Numbered from the stretch's first letter, positions 40,487 to 52,436 are shown. The stretch: DNA of 64,000 nt from Thermoanaerobaculia bacterium (GCA_963816185.1 CAWFJJ010000030.1:128001-192000); one strand, 5' to 3'. The notes: generated from the sequence alone by a model not told the origin. Made by a program: numbers and translations.

Positions 40487-41422
40487 ATGATGCTCGCTCT
40501 CCTGACTCTCCTGCCGCTACTTCTCGCCCAGCAGCCGGCGGCCCCTGCTCCCGCAACACCTGCGCCGGCGTCCGAACCACCCAGCACGGGGAGCGCCGTC
40601 GCCGGAGAGGCCGGCCTCGAGGTGCTTTGGGCCCGGACGCTCCCCGAGGCGACCGAGGGGGCGAAGCGCTTGAAGGACGGACGCATCCTGATCTTCTTCG
40701 TGGCGCCCGACTGCGGTCAGTGCCAACGGATGGAAGCGCTCGTTGCGCCGTCCACGTCTTTCTACGCGTTCACGCGCGACAAGGTGCCTCTCTACGAGGA
40801 CATCTCGACAACGGAAGGCCGAGACCTCGCGCGGCGCCTCAAGGTCCGCGGCGCGCCCACATGGATCGTCGTCACGCCGGACCTTCTCGAGTGCGGCCGG
40901 CAGGAAGGGCCGACGACGCAGCAGGGTTGGGTGAACGCCTTCATCGAGGCCGAACGCGGCTGGGCCGGCTACCGAAAGCTGCTTGCCGCCGAATCCGCCG
41001 ACCCGGGGAATCCGCAGCTCGTTTTCGAGGTGGCGCGCCAGACGTATCAGCGCGGCGGCGGCACGCAGGCCGAGCCCAGGTTTCGGAGACTCGCGGGCGA
41101 CGCGAAGGCGCCCGCCGCGATTCGCGAGCAGTCTCTCGGCTACCTGACCTCGCTCGAAATGGACTCGGGCCGCTTCGACGACGCGGTCTCTCACCTCGAT
41201 ACGCTCATCGCGACCGCGAAAGATCCCACGCTCAAGGAGCGTGCCGAGCTTCGCCGCGCGGACGTCGAGATCGCGCGCGGCCGCAAGGATCTCGCAACGT
41301 GGCGTCTCAGGGAATTCCTGAAGACCCATCCGAACTCACCTCTCGCGGCCGAGGCGCAGGCGCTCCTCGACGCGTTACAGGGAAAGGCTCCGGCGGCCCA
41401 TCCCGCCCCCAAGGAGAGCTGA
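40487..41422 (+). CDS. Exported thioredoxin-fold plus TPR protein
   Basis: Signal peptide, DCGQCQRME, VRGAPT cis-Pro loop and C-terminal TPR-like helices. Confidence 0.78.
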   Translation: MMLALLTLLPLLLAQQPAAPAPATPAPASEPPSTGSAVAGEAGLEVLWARTLPEATEGAKRLKDGRILIFFVAPDCGQCQRMEALVAPSTSFYAFTRDKVPLYEDISTTEGRDLARRLKVRGAPTWIVVTPDLLECGRQEGPTTQQGWVNAFIEAERGWAGYRKLLAAESADPGNPQLVFEVARQTYQRGGGTQAEPRFRRLAGDAKAPAAIREQSLGYLTSLEMDSGRFDDAVSHLDTLIATAKDPTLKERAELRRADVEIARGRKDLATWRLREFLKTHPNSPLAAEAQALLDALQGKAPAAHPAPKES

Positions 41423-43232
41423 TGTCCCTCCGATCCACCCTCGCCGCGCTGGCGCTCGCCGCCGCTCCGGCTCTCGCGCAGCCCGTCCCGGCTTCGAACA
41501 CGATCGTCGCGCCGCGCCTCGCGGCCGACGCGGACCAGCTCGTCCAGGGAAGGCCCTTCCGGCTCGCGGTCGTGGCCGACATCAAGGCAGGCTGGCACGT
41601 GAACAGCCACACGCCGAAAGAGGATTTCCTCATCCCCACGGTCGTCAAGATCAAGCCGGCGCCGGGCCTCACGTTTTCAGCGGTGACGTACCCGATGCAC
41701 AAGGAAACGAAGTTCTCGTTCTCCGACCAGCCCCTGGCCGTCTACGAAGGAAGACCGGTCTTCCTCGTGCCCGGTTCCGTCGAGGCGAAGGCCGCCCCCG
41801 GCCCGCGAACGTTGACGGCCGTGATCTCGTACCAGCCCTGCAACGACAACCAGTGTCTGCCGCCCACCGAGCTGACGACGTCGCTCACGATCGACGTCGC
41901 GAAAGCCGGTGCCGAGTCGAAGCCGAAGAACCCGGACGTGTTCGGTGGCCCTGCATCCGCTACCGGCGGTACCACCGGTGGCGCGGCCCCCGGTGACGGT
42001 GGCCCGGCCGCAGATGCCGGCGCAGCCGGTGGCGCGCCGCTGGGGTCGGCGGCGTTGCGCGAAAGATGGAAAGTCCAGGGCGTCCCGACGCTCCTTTTCC
42101 TGGGTCCGGACGGGAAGGAGACGGGGACGCGAGTCGTGGGCTTCGAGCCGCCCGAGACGTTCGCGCCGCGCTTCAGAGGAGGCGGCCCGGCGGCGGCGAA
42201 AGACGGCCTCGCGGGCAAGTCTCTGCCGATCCTGCTCGGCCTCGTCTTCGTCTCGGGCCTCGCGCTCAACCTCACGCCCTGCGTGTACCCCTTGATCCCC
42301 ATCACGCTCGGCTTCTTCAGCCGGCAGGCGGGTGGAAGCAAGGGCGGCACGTTCGGCCTTGCGCTCGCCTACGTCCTCGGCATGAGCGCCACGTACTCCG
42401 CACTCGGCGTTTTCGCCGCTCTCTCCGGCTCGCTCTTCGGGGTCTGGCTCCAGAAGCCGGCCGTCCTCGTCGCGATCGCGGCGATCGTCCTCGCGCTCGC
42501 GCTCTCGATGTTCGGCCTCTTCGAGATCCAGGCTCCCCACTTCATCACGGACCGCACGGGCTCGAAGTCGGGAGCCGTCGGGGCGCTCACGATGGGGTTT
42601 TTCGTCGGCTTCGTGGCCGCGCCCTGCATCGGCCCGTTCGTCCTGTCGCTGCTCACGTATGTCGCCGCAAGAGGCTCGGCGCCGCTCGGCCTCGGTCTCT
42701 TCTTCACGCTCGCGATGGGGCTCGGCCTTCCCTATCTCGTACTCGGCACGGCCTCCGGCAGCCTGAAGGCGCTCCCCCGGTCGGGAGAGTGGATGACCGC
42801 CGTGCGTCGGGTGTTCGGCTTCGCGCTCGTCGCGCTCGCCGTGTATTTTCTGCGCCCGCTCCTCCCGGCACGCGTTTACGAGATCGGCCTCGCGCTTCCG
42901 CTCCTCTCGGAGGAGTGTGGTTCCTCTTCTTCGAGAAGAGCGGAGCCGGCCTCCGCGGATTCGCCGCCGTGAAGGCGGCGGTCGCCGTCGCGCTCCTCGC
43001 CGCGGGCGCGGCCTTCGCGATGCCCCGGAAGGCTTCGGCCGAGCTCGCGTTCCAGCCGTACTCCGATGCCGCCGTCGAGGCGGCGCGGTCGGCCGGCAAG
43101 CCCGTGATGATCGACTTCTACGCGGACTGGTGCCTTCCCTGCAGGGAGCTCGACCACAAGACCTTTCACGACGTGCGCGTGATCGCGGCGGCGAAGGGCT
43201 GGGTGCTGCTGAAGGCTGATCTGACGAGATAG
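41422..43232 (+). CDS. dsbD: DsbD-family thiol:disulfide interchange protein; frameshift near 42905
   Basis: Alpha domain (GWHVNS, PCNDNQCLPP), TM domain (LTPCVYP, AAPCIGP, LPRSGEWM) and DFYADWCLPC. Confidence 0.88.
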
Positions 43233-43255
43233 TCTGTGGCGAACACCGCCTCGAT

Positions 43256-45138
43256 CTATCGGAAATAGCCGTTGACGTCCACGATGAAGTGGACGGACCC
43301 GCTCGCGTCGTTCTGGACGCCGATCGAGCCCGCGCCGTCGGTTGCGAGATAGAGCATGGTGTTGTTTGCGCGGGTTTGGCCGGCCCTGAAGGCGATCGTG
43401 GTCGTGCCGGTCGGAATGGCGTTCCCGGGGAAACAGGTAAGGCTCCCCGCCGCTGCTGGCTGCGTCACGGTGACGTTCGCCGAGATCGTCTTCGCGTCCG
43501 CCGGTACCGCGCAGCTTCCCGCCAGAACGAACGTTCGCCGCGCGCCGTTTCCGTCGAGCGCGGGCCCTCCGAACGGGCCGCTCGCGTTCCGGGTGTCGAC
43601 GATACGGCAAGGCGTCAGCGGGAAGAACCGCGATTCGGCCGGAGGAGGGGCGTAGAAGAAGCTGGCCGCCAGAATCAGGGGTTGAGCGCCGGGATTCGTG
43701 ACCGTCAGGGCCACGGTCCAGGGACTGAGATGCGGTCGTGAAGTGATCGTCGTTGGATCAACGACCGTCACGCCGGTCGCGGGGACACTCCCGACCGAGA
43801 CCGTCGCCCCGGACCGAAAGCCCGTGCCCAGGACGGTGACCGGGGTCCCTCCCGCGTCCGGCCCGAAGGAGGGCGTCACCCGGGTCACCGACGGCGCGGG
43901 AGCGCCCAGATTGATCCGTCCCACATCGTAGCCGTCGGCGAACCAGATCGCGCCGTCCGGACCGGCAGCGATCCCGCGGGGAACACTCCCGAAGGGAAGA
44001 GGAAACGTGGTTACCTGGCCCGAAGGCGTGATCCGTCCGACCCATGCATCGACGAAGTCGCTGTTCGTGAACCACAGGTTGCCATCCGCGCCGGCCGCGA
44101 TGTCATGCACCTCGATCCCCGTCGCGACGGGGAACTCCGAATAGACCCCAGCCGTGGTGAGGCGCCCGATGCTCAGACGGCCGGTGTATTGGAACCAAAG
44201 GTTGCCGTCGGGGCCGGCCACGATCTTCTGCGGACAGACGCCGAGCGCAGGATTGGGGGTTGGGAAGTCCTGGAACTGCCCGCCGGGCAGCAGACGAGTT
44301 CAAGCCCCGCCAGCGCCTTTGCATCCCGCGAGCCACAGCGCACCGTCCGGGCCGAGCGTAATCCCGTGCGCGAAGGTCGCGACGAGGAATTCCGTGATCG
44401 AACCGCCCGTCGTGATTCTCCCTGCGACGTTGACGCCGCTTTCCGTGAACCACAAGGCGCCGTCTGGACCCGCGGTGTCCCCATGGGACTGCTCACGGTA
44501 GCGAGCGAGAATTCTGTCGCGGTGCCGGAGGGGGTATGAGGCCGATGAACTCCGGAACGGTTCCGCACCAGAATTCCCGTCCGGCCGCGCGATGTGGGTA
44601 GCAGCGGATCAGCGAGGGAGTTGAGTGAAAAACAGGGTGTTGATGTTGAGATCCATGGGTCGAGCGACTCGCCTCCGTTGTTGAGAAGCCAGAGGTTGCC
44701 GTCCGGACCCGCCGTGATGTCAGTGAAGGCGCCGTCGGGGATGGGGAAATACTGGATGCCGAACTGGCCCGAGGCCGTCAGATACTTGTAGGCGTTGGCG
44801 AGGCTGCCGGACTGGCCGCCCGGGTTGCTGACGGAGACTGCGACCGGTCCGATGGAATGAGCGGGAGGGTGGGCCGTCAGCGAGGTCGAATTGACGATCG
44901 CCACCGACGTCGCGGGAACGCCCCCGAAAGTGACCGTCGCCCCGGCCGCGAAGCCGGTGCCGGTCACGATCACGATGTTGCTTCCCGCAGCCGGTCCGAA
45001 GGCCGGCACGACCCGGGCGAGGTTCGGCGTCTGGCTGAAAGCCGGCACCGAAAGCAGCAGCAACCCGGCCCCCGCGAGCAGAATTCTTCCGGGTCCGCGG
45101 CGCTGACGAAGGATGCCCACCGAATGGAACGGATTCAT
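43256..45138 (-). pseudogene. Secreted IPT/TIG plus Vgb-like beta-propeller protein, multiply frameshifted
   Basis: Signal peptide, IPT domains (VTGTGF..GATVTFG), AGPDGNLW repeats and a C-terminal PLTPCRIVDTR...DVNGYF domain. Indels at 44200-44700 may be assembly errors. Confidence 0.7.
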
Positions 45139-45269
45139 GGCTTCCTCCTCCCTCGTGGAATCGGTTCCAGACAGAGATGCGCAAACCGAAGCGATTCGTT
45201 GCACTCACCCAAAGGAGGTCATGCGTCCGCCGCGGGCGGCGTGTCAGAATACGGCTGGCTTCCCTCTCC

Positions 45270-45854
45270 ATGCACGAAAGGGTCCCGGATCGGCCGCACG
45301 ACATCACTGGGCTCCTGAGGGCTTGGAGCGCGGGCGACCGGCGCGCCCTCGAGGAGCTCGTGCCTCTCATCTATGCCGATCTGCGCCGCCGCGCGGCTTC
45401 GCTCATGAGAAATGAGCGGGTCGAGCACACGCTCCAGCCGACCGCCGTCGTGCACGAGGCCTTCGTGAGGCTCGTCCGTGCCAAAGGAGTCGACTGGAAG
45501 GACCGCGCCCACTTCTTCGGAGTCGCGGCACATGCCATGCGCGAGGTTCTCGTCGACCACGCGCGGCGGCGCGATGCCGGAAAGAGGGGGCCGGGCCGGA
45601 AACGTCTCGCGATCGAGACCGTCGACGTCGCGGTACATCCCCGCACGGTCGACCTCCTCGCCCTCGACGAGGCCCTCGAGAACCTCGCCACCCTCGACGA
45701 GCGGCAGGCCCGGCTCGTCGAGCTGCGTCTCTTCGCGGGCCTCACCGTTCAGGAGTCGGCAGAAGTCCTGGGTTGCTCGGCCGCCACCGCGAGCCGCGAC
45801 TACCGGCATGCCGAGGCGTGGCTTCGGCGGCAGATGAGGGGCGCAACGGCGTGA
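45270..45854 (+). CDS. Kinase-associated ECF sigma factor (TIGR02999/ECF43-like)
   Basis: DITGLLRAW..GD, HTLQPTAVVHEA, DRAHFFG and VELRLFAGL. Confidence 0.9.
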   Translation: MHERVPDRPHDITGLLRAWSAGDRRALEELVPLIYADLRRRAASLMRNERVEHTLQPTAVVHEAFVRLVRAKGVDWKDRAHFFGVAAHAMREVLVDHARRRDAGKRGPGRKRLAIETVDVAVHPRTVDLLALDEALENLATLDERQARLVELRLFAGLTVQESAEVLGCSAATASRDYRHAEAWLRRQMRGATA

Positions 45855-48253
45855 CGCCCGAGCTTTTCCGGAAATCGCGAGCGCTCTTCGACGAGGCCAT
45901 CGAGCTGCCGCACGCAGACCGCGACACGTTCCTCCGTGAGACCTGCGGGGATGACGCCGCGCTGCGCGAAGAGGTCGAGGCGCTGCTCGCCGAGTCCGAA
46001 TCGGCCCCTCTCGACAGCGGCGTGCGCGAAGCCGTGCGCTCCTTCGACACGATTACGAAGGGCACCCGGGTCGGGCCGTACGAGCTCGTTCAGGAGATCG
46101 GACGCGGCGGAATGGGGACCGTCCATCTCGCGCGCCGCGCGGACGACACGTTCCGGAAAGACGTCGCGATCAAGCTCGTCGGTTTTGGTCTCGATGCGAC
46201 ATATTTCCTCGAGCGCTTTCGGGGAGGAGCGCCGGATCCTCGCGTCGCTCGCGCACCCGAACATCGCCGCGCTCCTCGACGGCGGGACGACGGAGGACGG
46301 ACACCCGTATCTCGTGATGGAGCTCGTGTCCGGCCGACCGATCGACGTCTACTGCCGGGAGGAGAACGCGTCCGTCGAGCGCCGGCTCCGGCTCTTCCGG
46401 GACGTCTGCGCCGCGGTCCAGCACGCGCACCGCAACCTGGTCGTCCACCGCGAACTGAAGCCGTCCAACATCCTCGTCACGCAGGAGGGTATCCCCAAGC
46501 TCCTCGACTTCGGCCTCGCCCGCCTGCTCCTGCCGGAGGGCGGGGCGGAGCGCACCGCCACCGAATACCGCGCGCTGACGCCCGCCTTCGCGAGCCCGGA
46601 GCAGGTACGCGGCGACGCCGCCACGACAGCTTCCGACGTTTACTCCCTCGGTGTCCTGCTGTACGTGCTTCTCACCGGCCGGAAGCCCTATAGGGCGGCC
46701 ACCGGCGACGAGTACGCCGGCCTGCTGCACTCCGTGCTCACCGAAGAGCCCCTGCGGTTCGAAGACGCCGTCCCCGGAGCGAAGATCCCCAAGGACCTCG
46801 AGGCGATTGCGCTGAAGGCGCTTCGCAAGAAAGCCGAGGAGCGCTACGGCTCCGTCGAGACGCTCTCGGCAGACGTCGAGCGCTTCCTCGAAGGCCGACC
46901 CGTCGAGGCGCGGCGGGGCTCCAGGCTGTATCGCGCGCGCAAGTTCGCCGGGCGTCACTGGTCGGGACTCGCCGCGACCGGGCTCGTCGCCGCGTCGCTC
47001 GTGGCGGGTCTCCTCGTCGCGAACCAACAGCGGAGGAAGGCGGAAAGACGATTCGACGAAGTCCGCAAGCTGGCGCGGACCGTGATGTTCGACCTGCACG
47101 ACGGCATCGCCCGCCTGCCCGGCTCGACGAAGGTCCGGGAGAGGCTGGTCAAGACCGGATTGGAATATGCAGACGCGCTCGCGAAAGAAGGGTCCTCGGA
47201 TCCCGGCTTCCAGCGCGAGATCGCGGCGGCCTATTCGCGGCTCGGCGACGTGCAGGGAGGCGGCAACTCGAACCTGGGCGACAGGGAAGGCGCGAAGGAG
47301 AGCTATCGAAAGGCGGTGGCGATCCGTGAGGCTCTCGCCGTGTCGCGGTTCGCCACCGACCAGGATCGGCTCCTGCTCGCCACGAACTTCGTCCGGCTGG
47401 GGCAGATCGGCGGCCCCGAGGCTCAAGGCCGCCTTCAGAGGGCGCGCGAGATCCAGGAAGCGGTTCTTCGCGCCGACCCCGGGAGTTTCGCCGCCCGGGG
47501 GGGCCTCGCCCTGACTCACACGGCGTTCGCGGGGTTCTACCAGCAGGACCCGCAAAAGGCGCTCGAGGAGTGGCGGATTGCCCATCGGCTCTTCGAGGAG
47601 CTGGCCCGCGAGAGACCTGACGATGCCGTCGCACAGAGGGATCTCGCCGTCAGCTGCAAGTACCTGGGCGCGCGACTCCAGCAGATGGGCGACCTCGAGG
47701 CCGCGCTGCCGCTCTACCGGCAGGCAGTGGCTATCGACGAGAAGCGCATGGCAGCGGATCCGAACGACGCCCTGGCTCGCCTCGACCTCTCCTTCAGCCT
47801 CGGCTCCGTCAGCTCCTGCCTCGGCGACATGGGAGATATGCGGAGCGCACTGGGGTTCCGCGAGCGCGCGGTCGTCTTACGCGAGGCGATCGCCGCGGCC
47901 GATCCGGCGGAGAGCTGGGGGAAAGTCGGCCTCGCGGATGCCCTGGAGGATGGCGAGATTCGCTTTCGGAGCGAGGATTCGAAGGTGCCCGCGCTGCTTT
48001 TTCACGCGGCACGTCCATCCTCGAAATCTGGCTTCAACGGGAGCCGAAGGACGTGAACCTGAGAGCCAGCCTGGCCGGGACGAGGGGGTGGCAGGTGATC
48101 GCCGAAGCCGCGCTTGCGCGCCGGGGCAAACGAAGCGATCGCGCGAAACAGCTCTCTGCCGCTCGGGCGCGCCTGCTCGAGATCCAGGCTAGTTCGACGA
48201 CAAAGAGCGTGAAGAACCCTCGCGGCTTGAACGCCAGCTATCCGAGAAGATAG
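45851..48253 (+). CDS. Ser/Thr kinase with TM and TPR repeats; frameshift near 46222, 3' end degraded
   Basis: IGRGGMGTV, VAIK, HPNIA, HRELKPSN, DFG, TPAFASPEQ and AERRFDEVRKLA. End coordinate uncertain. Confidence 0.78.
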
Positions 48254-51142
48254 AGCCGAGCTCGCCAAGCTCGACCCGAGCTGGCGGAAGCAAGCGCGGC
48301 CGCCTGCCTCGCCTCGGTGAGGCCGCTCGGGGTATTCGGCCGCCTGCCGAGAACCAGGGTCCTGCCTCGACGACGCTGGGCGCGAGCGGGACGCATGCGG
48401 CCCGAGCCGCTAGGGACAGCCGCTCTCTTTGCGCTCCAGGTCCCATTCCCACAGGATTGGACCCGTCGGCGGGACCGGCGCGAGGTACGGGGACGGGCCC
48501 TGGACGGACGGCGTATGCGAGGCCGACGACCGGGACGACCGGTCCGAGGGGAAACTCGCTCAGGGAATCTCGAGCCGTCGTTGCCGATGGTCACGTAGTC
48601 GTAGCCGAGCCCGGTCGGAATGAACCAGTCGAGCTCCAACCGGAAGACGTCCTTGTCCACGTCGTAGACGCCGCTGTTGAGACCGACGTGCATCTGAGGA
48701 TCGCCTTTGCGCGCGAGATCGACATTGGTCTTGTCGCAGGCGGTGGGAGAGCCGAAATACGCGCGGGTGTCGATGGAATCCGCGCGCATCGTGACGTTCA
48801 GGTTGTCGTCGATGCTGAAGGACAGGCTCGACTGGTACCTCACGTGGTCGTCTGCAAAGACCAGGGGACACTTGAACTGGTCGTCCAGCGAGGCCGTGAG
48901 GGTCCAGTCTCGGGCCAGGACACGAACCAGTAGCCCGAGTGCTTTCGAATGAGGCCCCGAAACGTCCGGTTGGTTATGCGAGAGCTTCACGGCGATGTTG
49001 ACCGGATTGTTGGTCGGGACGCAGCGGGGAGCGGTGTACGTGGCGTTGTTGCCGTCATGCGAGACGAGCGTGCCGTCCGCGGGATCTTCGAGAGCCTCGA
49101 GCGAGCCGTTCAGGTACCAGGCATATGTGAGACGGCTCGGATCGACCGGACCCAGCGGGGAGGAGCCGAAGATGCTGCCCTCCGAGGACGAGGCCCCCAC
49201 GTCGAGAACCAGCAGGGGCAGTTCTCCGCCCGTGGGGAGCGCCGCCTTCTTGGGGAAGATCTGAATCGAACGGAACGTCCCCCAGTCAACACCCGGCGAG
49301 TCGACAAGAGCACGGAAGGCCGCAGGTGTCGCGGCTGCCGCGGGCGCGGTCGACGTGATCGGCACCGCGAGCATCCGAGCGGCCGTGTTCACCGACCCGC
49401 CCGTCTCGACGAACCACGTGCTGCCGTTCCTGAAGGCGAGGCCGAGCGATCCCGGGGCGCTGCCGACCACGTCGTTGCTGCCGTAACGAAAGACGAGCGT
49501 GGCCGGTTTCGCGAAGCCGAGACCGCCCGGCGACAGCGTGTAGCTCGCGCCCGTGGCCTGCGGCGCGTCGGTCGGCGTCGTCTGTAATGACAAGGCGACC
49601 GCGAGGCGAGCGCCCCCGCGGGGATCCTAAGAGTCAGCCGTCCATCATCCGACCGGATCGATCCGCCCGCCGGTCCGATCGTCGCACTCGAGGGGATCGT
49701 GGTAGGGAGCGCCGCGATCGGCGTCACGACGGGATCTCCCGAGAGGTTGTCGATGGACGAGTCGAAGACGTCGACGCTGCCGGCCGTGACCTTCACGCGG
49801 AGCGTCGCGTTCTCGGGGATCGTAGTGCTCGGAAGAAGGTCCTGGATCCCCGGCTGCGTCCAGCCGAAGGCACCGAGAGAGGCCGACGTCGTCGCGACCG
49901 TCGCCCCCGCCGCGTCCTGAAGGGTAAGCGTGTACTGAGCACCGTCCGCGCCAGCCGCAAAGCCGACGTTGGTCCGGAAGGCCGCGTTCTGCCGGATCCC
50001 GGTGACTGCGGCTCCGGCGTCCGCCGACGTCACGAACGACAGGAGCGGGACGGGCTTCTGCTGCGAGCCGAACGTGCCGGGCCTCGCGCCAGCGGGGTCC
50101 ACGTTGCTCGTCCGGCAGAGTATCGCCACCGGCCACTCCGACTGGAATCTCAGCGCGCCAGCGGATCCGACCGGCAGGCTCAGCAGCGAATCGAGGACAT
50201 CGACGACATCGCGGATCCTCCCGGCGGGGACCACGAACGACGCGACCGCGGGTGAGGGGTTCGCGTTGCCGTTCGCGTGGAACGCGACCTGGACCGTCGC
50301 GTCCGTGTCCGTCGGGTTGTAGAACCGTCCGTCCGTCCGGAAGAACGCCCCGTTCCGGCCGCTCGCCCGCGCGACGCCGTTCACGACGACGTCCTGGATA
50401 CCGGCCGGCAGGTCCTCGAACGCGAAGAGCAAGCTGTCGCCCGTAACGTTGTCCACGACGACCGCGTATCCGGCGGCGTGTCCGCGCGTCACGGCAACCT
50501 GCGCCCGCCCGACGGTCACGGCTCCGGCGAAGCTGGCGACCGAGAACTGCTGGAGGCCCGCCGCATCGAGCGAGAAATCCTGATGTCCGTGCACGTTACC
50601 GTCCGCGTCATAGACGGTCACTGTCGCCGCGCCGCCCGACGGGTCCGGGAAGACGAGGGCCACGTTCGTCCGATAGCCCTCACTCGGCGAGGGATCCTGG
50701 CTGATCCAGAGGCTGTCGCCTACGTCGCCGGGGGCGAGAAGACGGTCGGAGGCGACAACGGGAAGGGCCACGCCGTAGGTCCCGGACGCAGCCGTGTTGT
50801 AAGTTTTCGCGCGGATCAGGAGCGGCTGGTCCGAGGCGACCGAGACGGCGCCCGCGGTCCCCGGCGACCCGAAAAGGCTCGCGACGACGTCCGTCGAGAC
50901 GACCGTCTGGCCCGGGGTGCCAGCACCTTCGAGCTCGCACCGGACGGGAAGAGCGAGAGCGTGACGTTTGCGGCGGCGCCACCCGGGTTCGTCACGGTCA
51001 GGTCCGAGACGAAGTGGGTCCCGTTCAACCCGGACGCGTTCACAATCCCGGGGATCGTCCAGGAGGATTGGGCCGAGACGGGAGACGCGAGCATCAAGAG
51101 GGCCGCGGTCATGAACTCCGAGGCGAGGCGACTGAGGCGCAT
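48238..51142 (-). pseudogene. Large secreted protein with repeated beta-rich domains and a ZU5-like domain, multiply frameshifted
   Basis: Signal peptide at 51142 (AGGAGG RBS). Coding continues across ORFs 50816-51142, 49389-50930 and 48238-49593. IGPAGGSI...LRIPAGAL is ZU5-like. Confidence 0.65.
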
Positions 51143-51202
51143 CCCGTACCTCCTGGCGGCGGCACGTGCACCGCCACCAGTAAGAGATGCGCAAAACCGG
51201 AG

Positions 51203-51290
51203 CTTTTCCTAGCAGGGTTTCTCAGAAGACATCGGTCACCGTCGACGCCGCGGCGCCGCGGATCGTCCGAATTGCCTTCCAAGAAACTCT
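51203..51290. repeat. Bipartite inverted-arm element, degenerate copy E5
   Basis: TTTTCCTAGCAGGG and GTTTCTCAGAAG ... CCTTCCAAGAAACTCT immediately downstream of rnc. Confidence 0.55.
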
Positions 51291-51291
51291 T

Positions 51292-51999
51292 CTATTCTTT
51301 CTTCTCGAGCCGACTCAGCAGCGCGTCCGCCGCGGCCCGCTGGGCGTCTTTCTTCGAATTCCCTTGTCCCCGCGCGCTGATCCCGTCGCCGTAAGCCACG
51401 TCGTAGGAGAAGCGCCGGTCGTGCGGGGGGCCGCTCTCCTCGACGAGAAGATAGACCGGAAGCGGCTTCCCTTCGGCCTGCGCCCGCTCCTGGAGCGCCG
51501 TCTTCGGATCGCGGCGACGCAGCCCTTCGAAGTCGAGCGAGGCCACGTCGGCGTCGAAGAGACGTCCCGCCGCTGCGCGCGCCGCGTCGATCCCGCCGTC
51601 GAGAAGCAGCGCCGCGAACACGGCCTCGAACGCGTCCGCCAGGCGCGCGTCGCGGTCGCGGCCGCCCGCGCGCTCCTCGCCGGGCGACAGGCGCAGCGCC
51701 GAGCCGAGCCCGACGCGCCGCGCGAGCGCCGCGAAATGCTCTTCCGAGACGAGCTGTGACCGAGCTTTCGACAACGTGCCTTCACTCTCGAGCGGGAACG
51801 CCGCGAAGAGCTTCTCCGCCACGAGAAAGTTCAGGATGCTGTCACCGAGGAATTCCAGCTTCTCGTTATCCTCCACATCCACGTTCTCGTTCGCGAACGA
51901 GGCGTGCGTGAGGGCGCGCTGCAGCAAGACGGAATCGCGAAAGCGATGGCCGAGGGCGCTCTCGAGCGCGTCGATGGCGTCTGGGCCTTCCGAGGACAT
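51292..51999 (-). CDS. rnc: Ribonuclease III
   Basis: ALTHAS, NEKLEFLGDSIL, ADAFEA and a dsRBD (DPKTALQE...GPPHDRRF...SKKDAQ). Confidence 0.96.
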   Translation of the reverse strand: MSSEGPDAIDALESALGHRFRDSVLLQRALTHASFANENVDVEDNEKLEFLGDSILNFLVAEKLFAAFPLESEGTLSKARSQLVSEEHFAALARRVGLGSALRLSPGEERAGGRDRDARLADAFEAVFAALLLDGGIDAARAAAGRLFDADVASLDFEGLRRRDPKTALQERAQAEGKPLPVYLLVEESGPPHDRRFSYDVAYGDGISARGQGNSKKDAQRAAADALLSRLEKKE

Positions 52000-52010
52000 C
52001 GGGCCTCCCC

Positions 52011-52436
52011 TCAGAACGGATTTCGCCAACGCAAGCCAGGAAATCGCGCGAAATCTGCGTCGTTCGAGTGCAGCTCGCACTGGTGCTCGATCGCGATGGC
52101 CGCGAGGTGAGCATCCGTGGTCAGGTTTGCGGCGACGCCCACGGAGGTCAGTAGCCTTTCGAGAATTTCGAGATGCCGCGGTCCGGGCTCGAGAACCTCG
52201 ACGAGCGGCCGCTCGAACCACAACCGGACGTGGTGAAGTGTTCGTCCGGGATCGAGAGGGTTGACGAGGACTGCCGGATGCGTCATCAGGCGGACGAACC
52301 CGCACACGACCGCCCATGGCAACCCTACGGGATCCGAACCGTTGAGCAGTCCTTCCCACCACGCCTTGGCGTCGGCGTGGTGCGGGGCATGGCGGTTGTA
52401 TGCGAAGACGAGAAGATTGATGTCCGGCAGGATCAT
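52011..52436 (-). CDS. vapC: PIN-domain toxin
   Basis: MILPDINLLVFA...GFVRLMT...DAHLAAIAIEH...SNDADFARF. Confidence 0.92.
   Translation of the reverse strand: MILPDINLLVFAYNRHAPHHADAKAWWEGLLNGSDPVGLPWAVVCGFVRLMTHPAVLVNPLDPGRTLHHVRLWFERPLVEVLEPGPRHLEILERLLTSVGVAANLTTDAHLAAIAIEHQCELHSNDADFARFPGLRWRNPF

Noticed and set aside
43256-51142. Prophage or integrative element
   Set aside because: No integrase, phage genes or flanking tRNA-derived direct repeats were seen.
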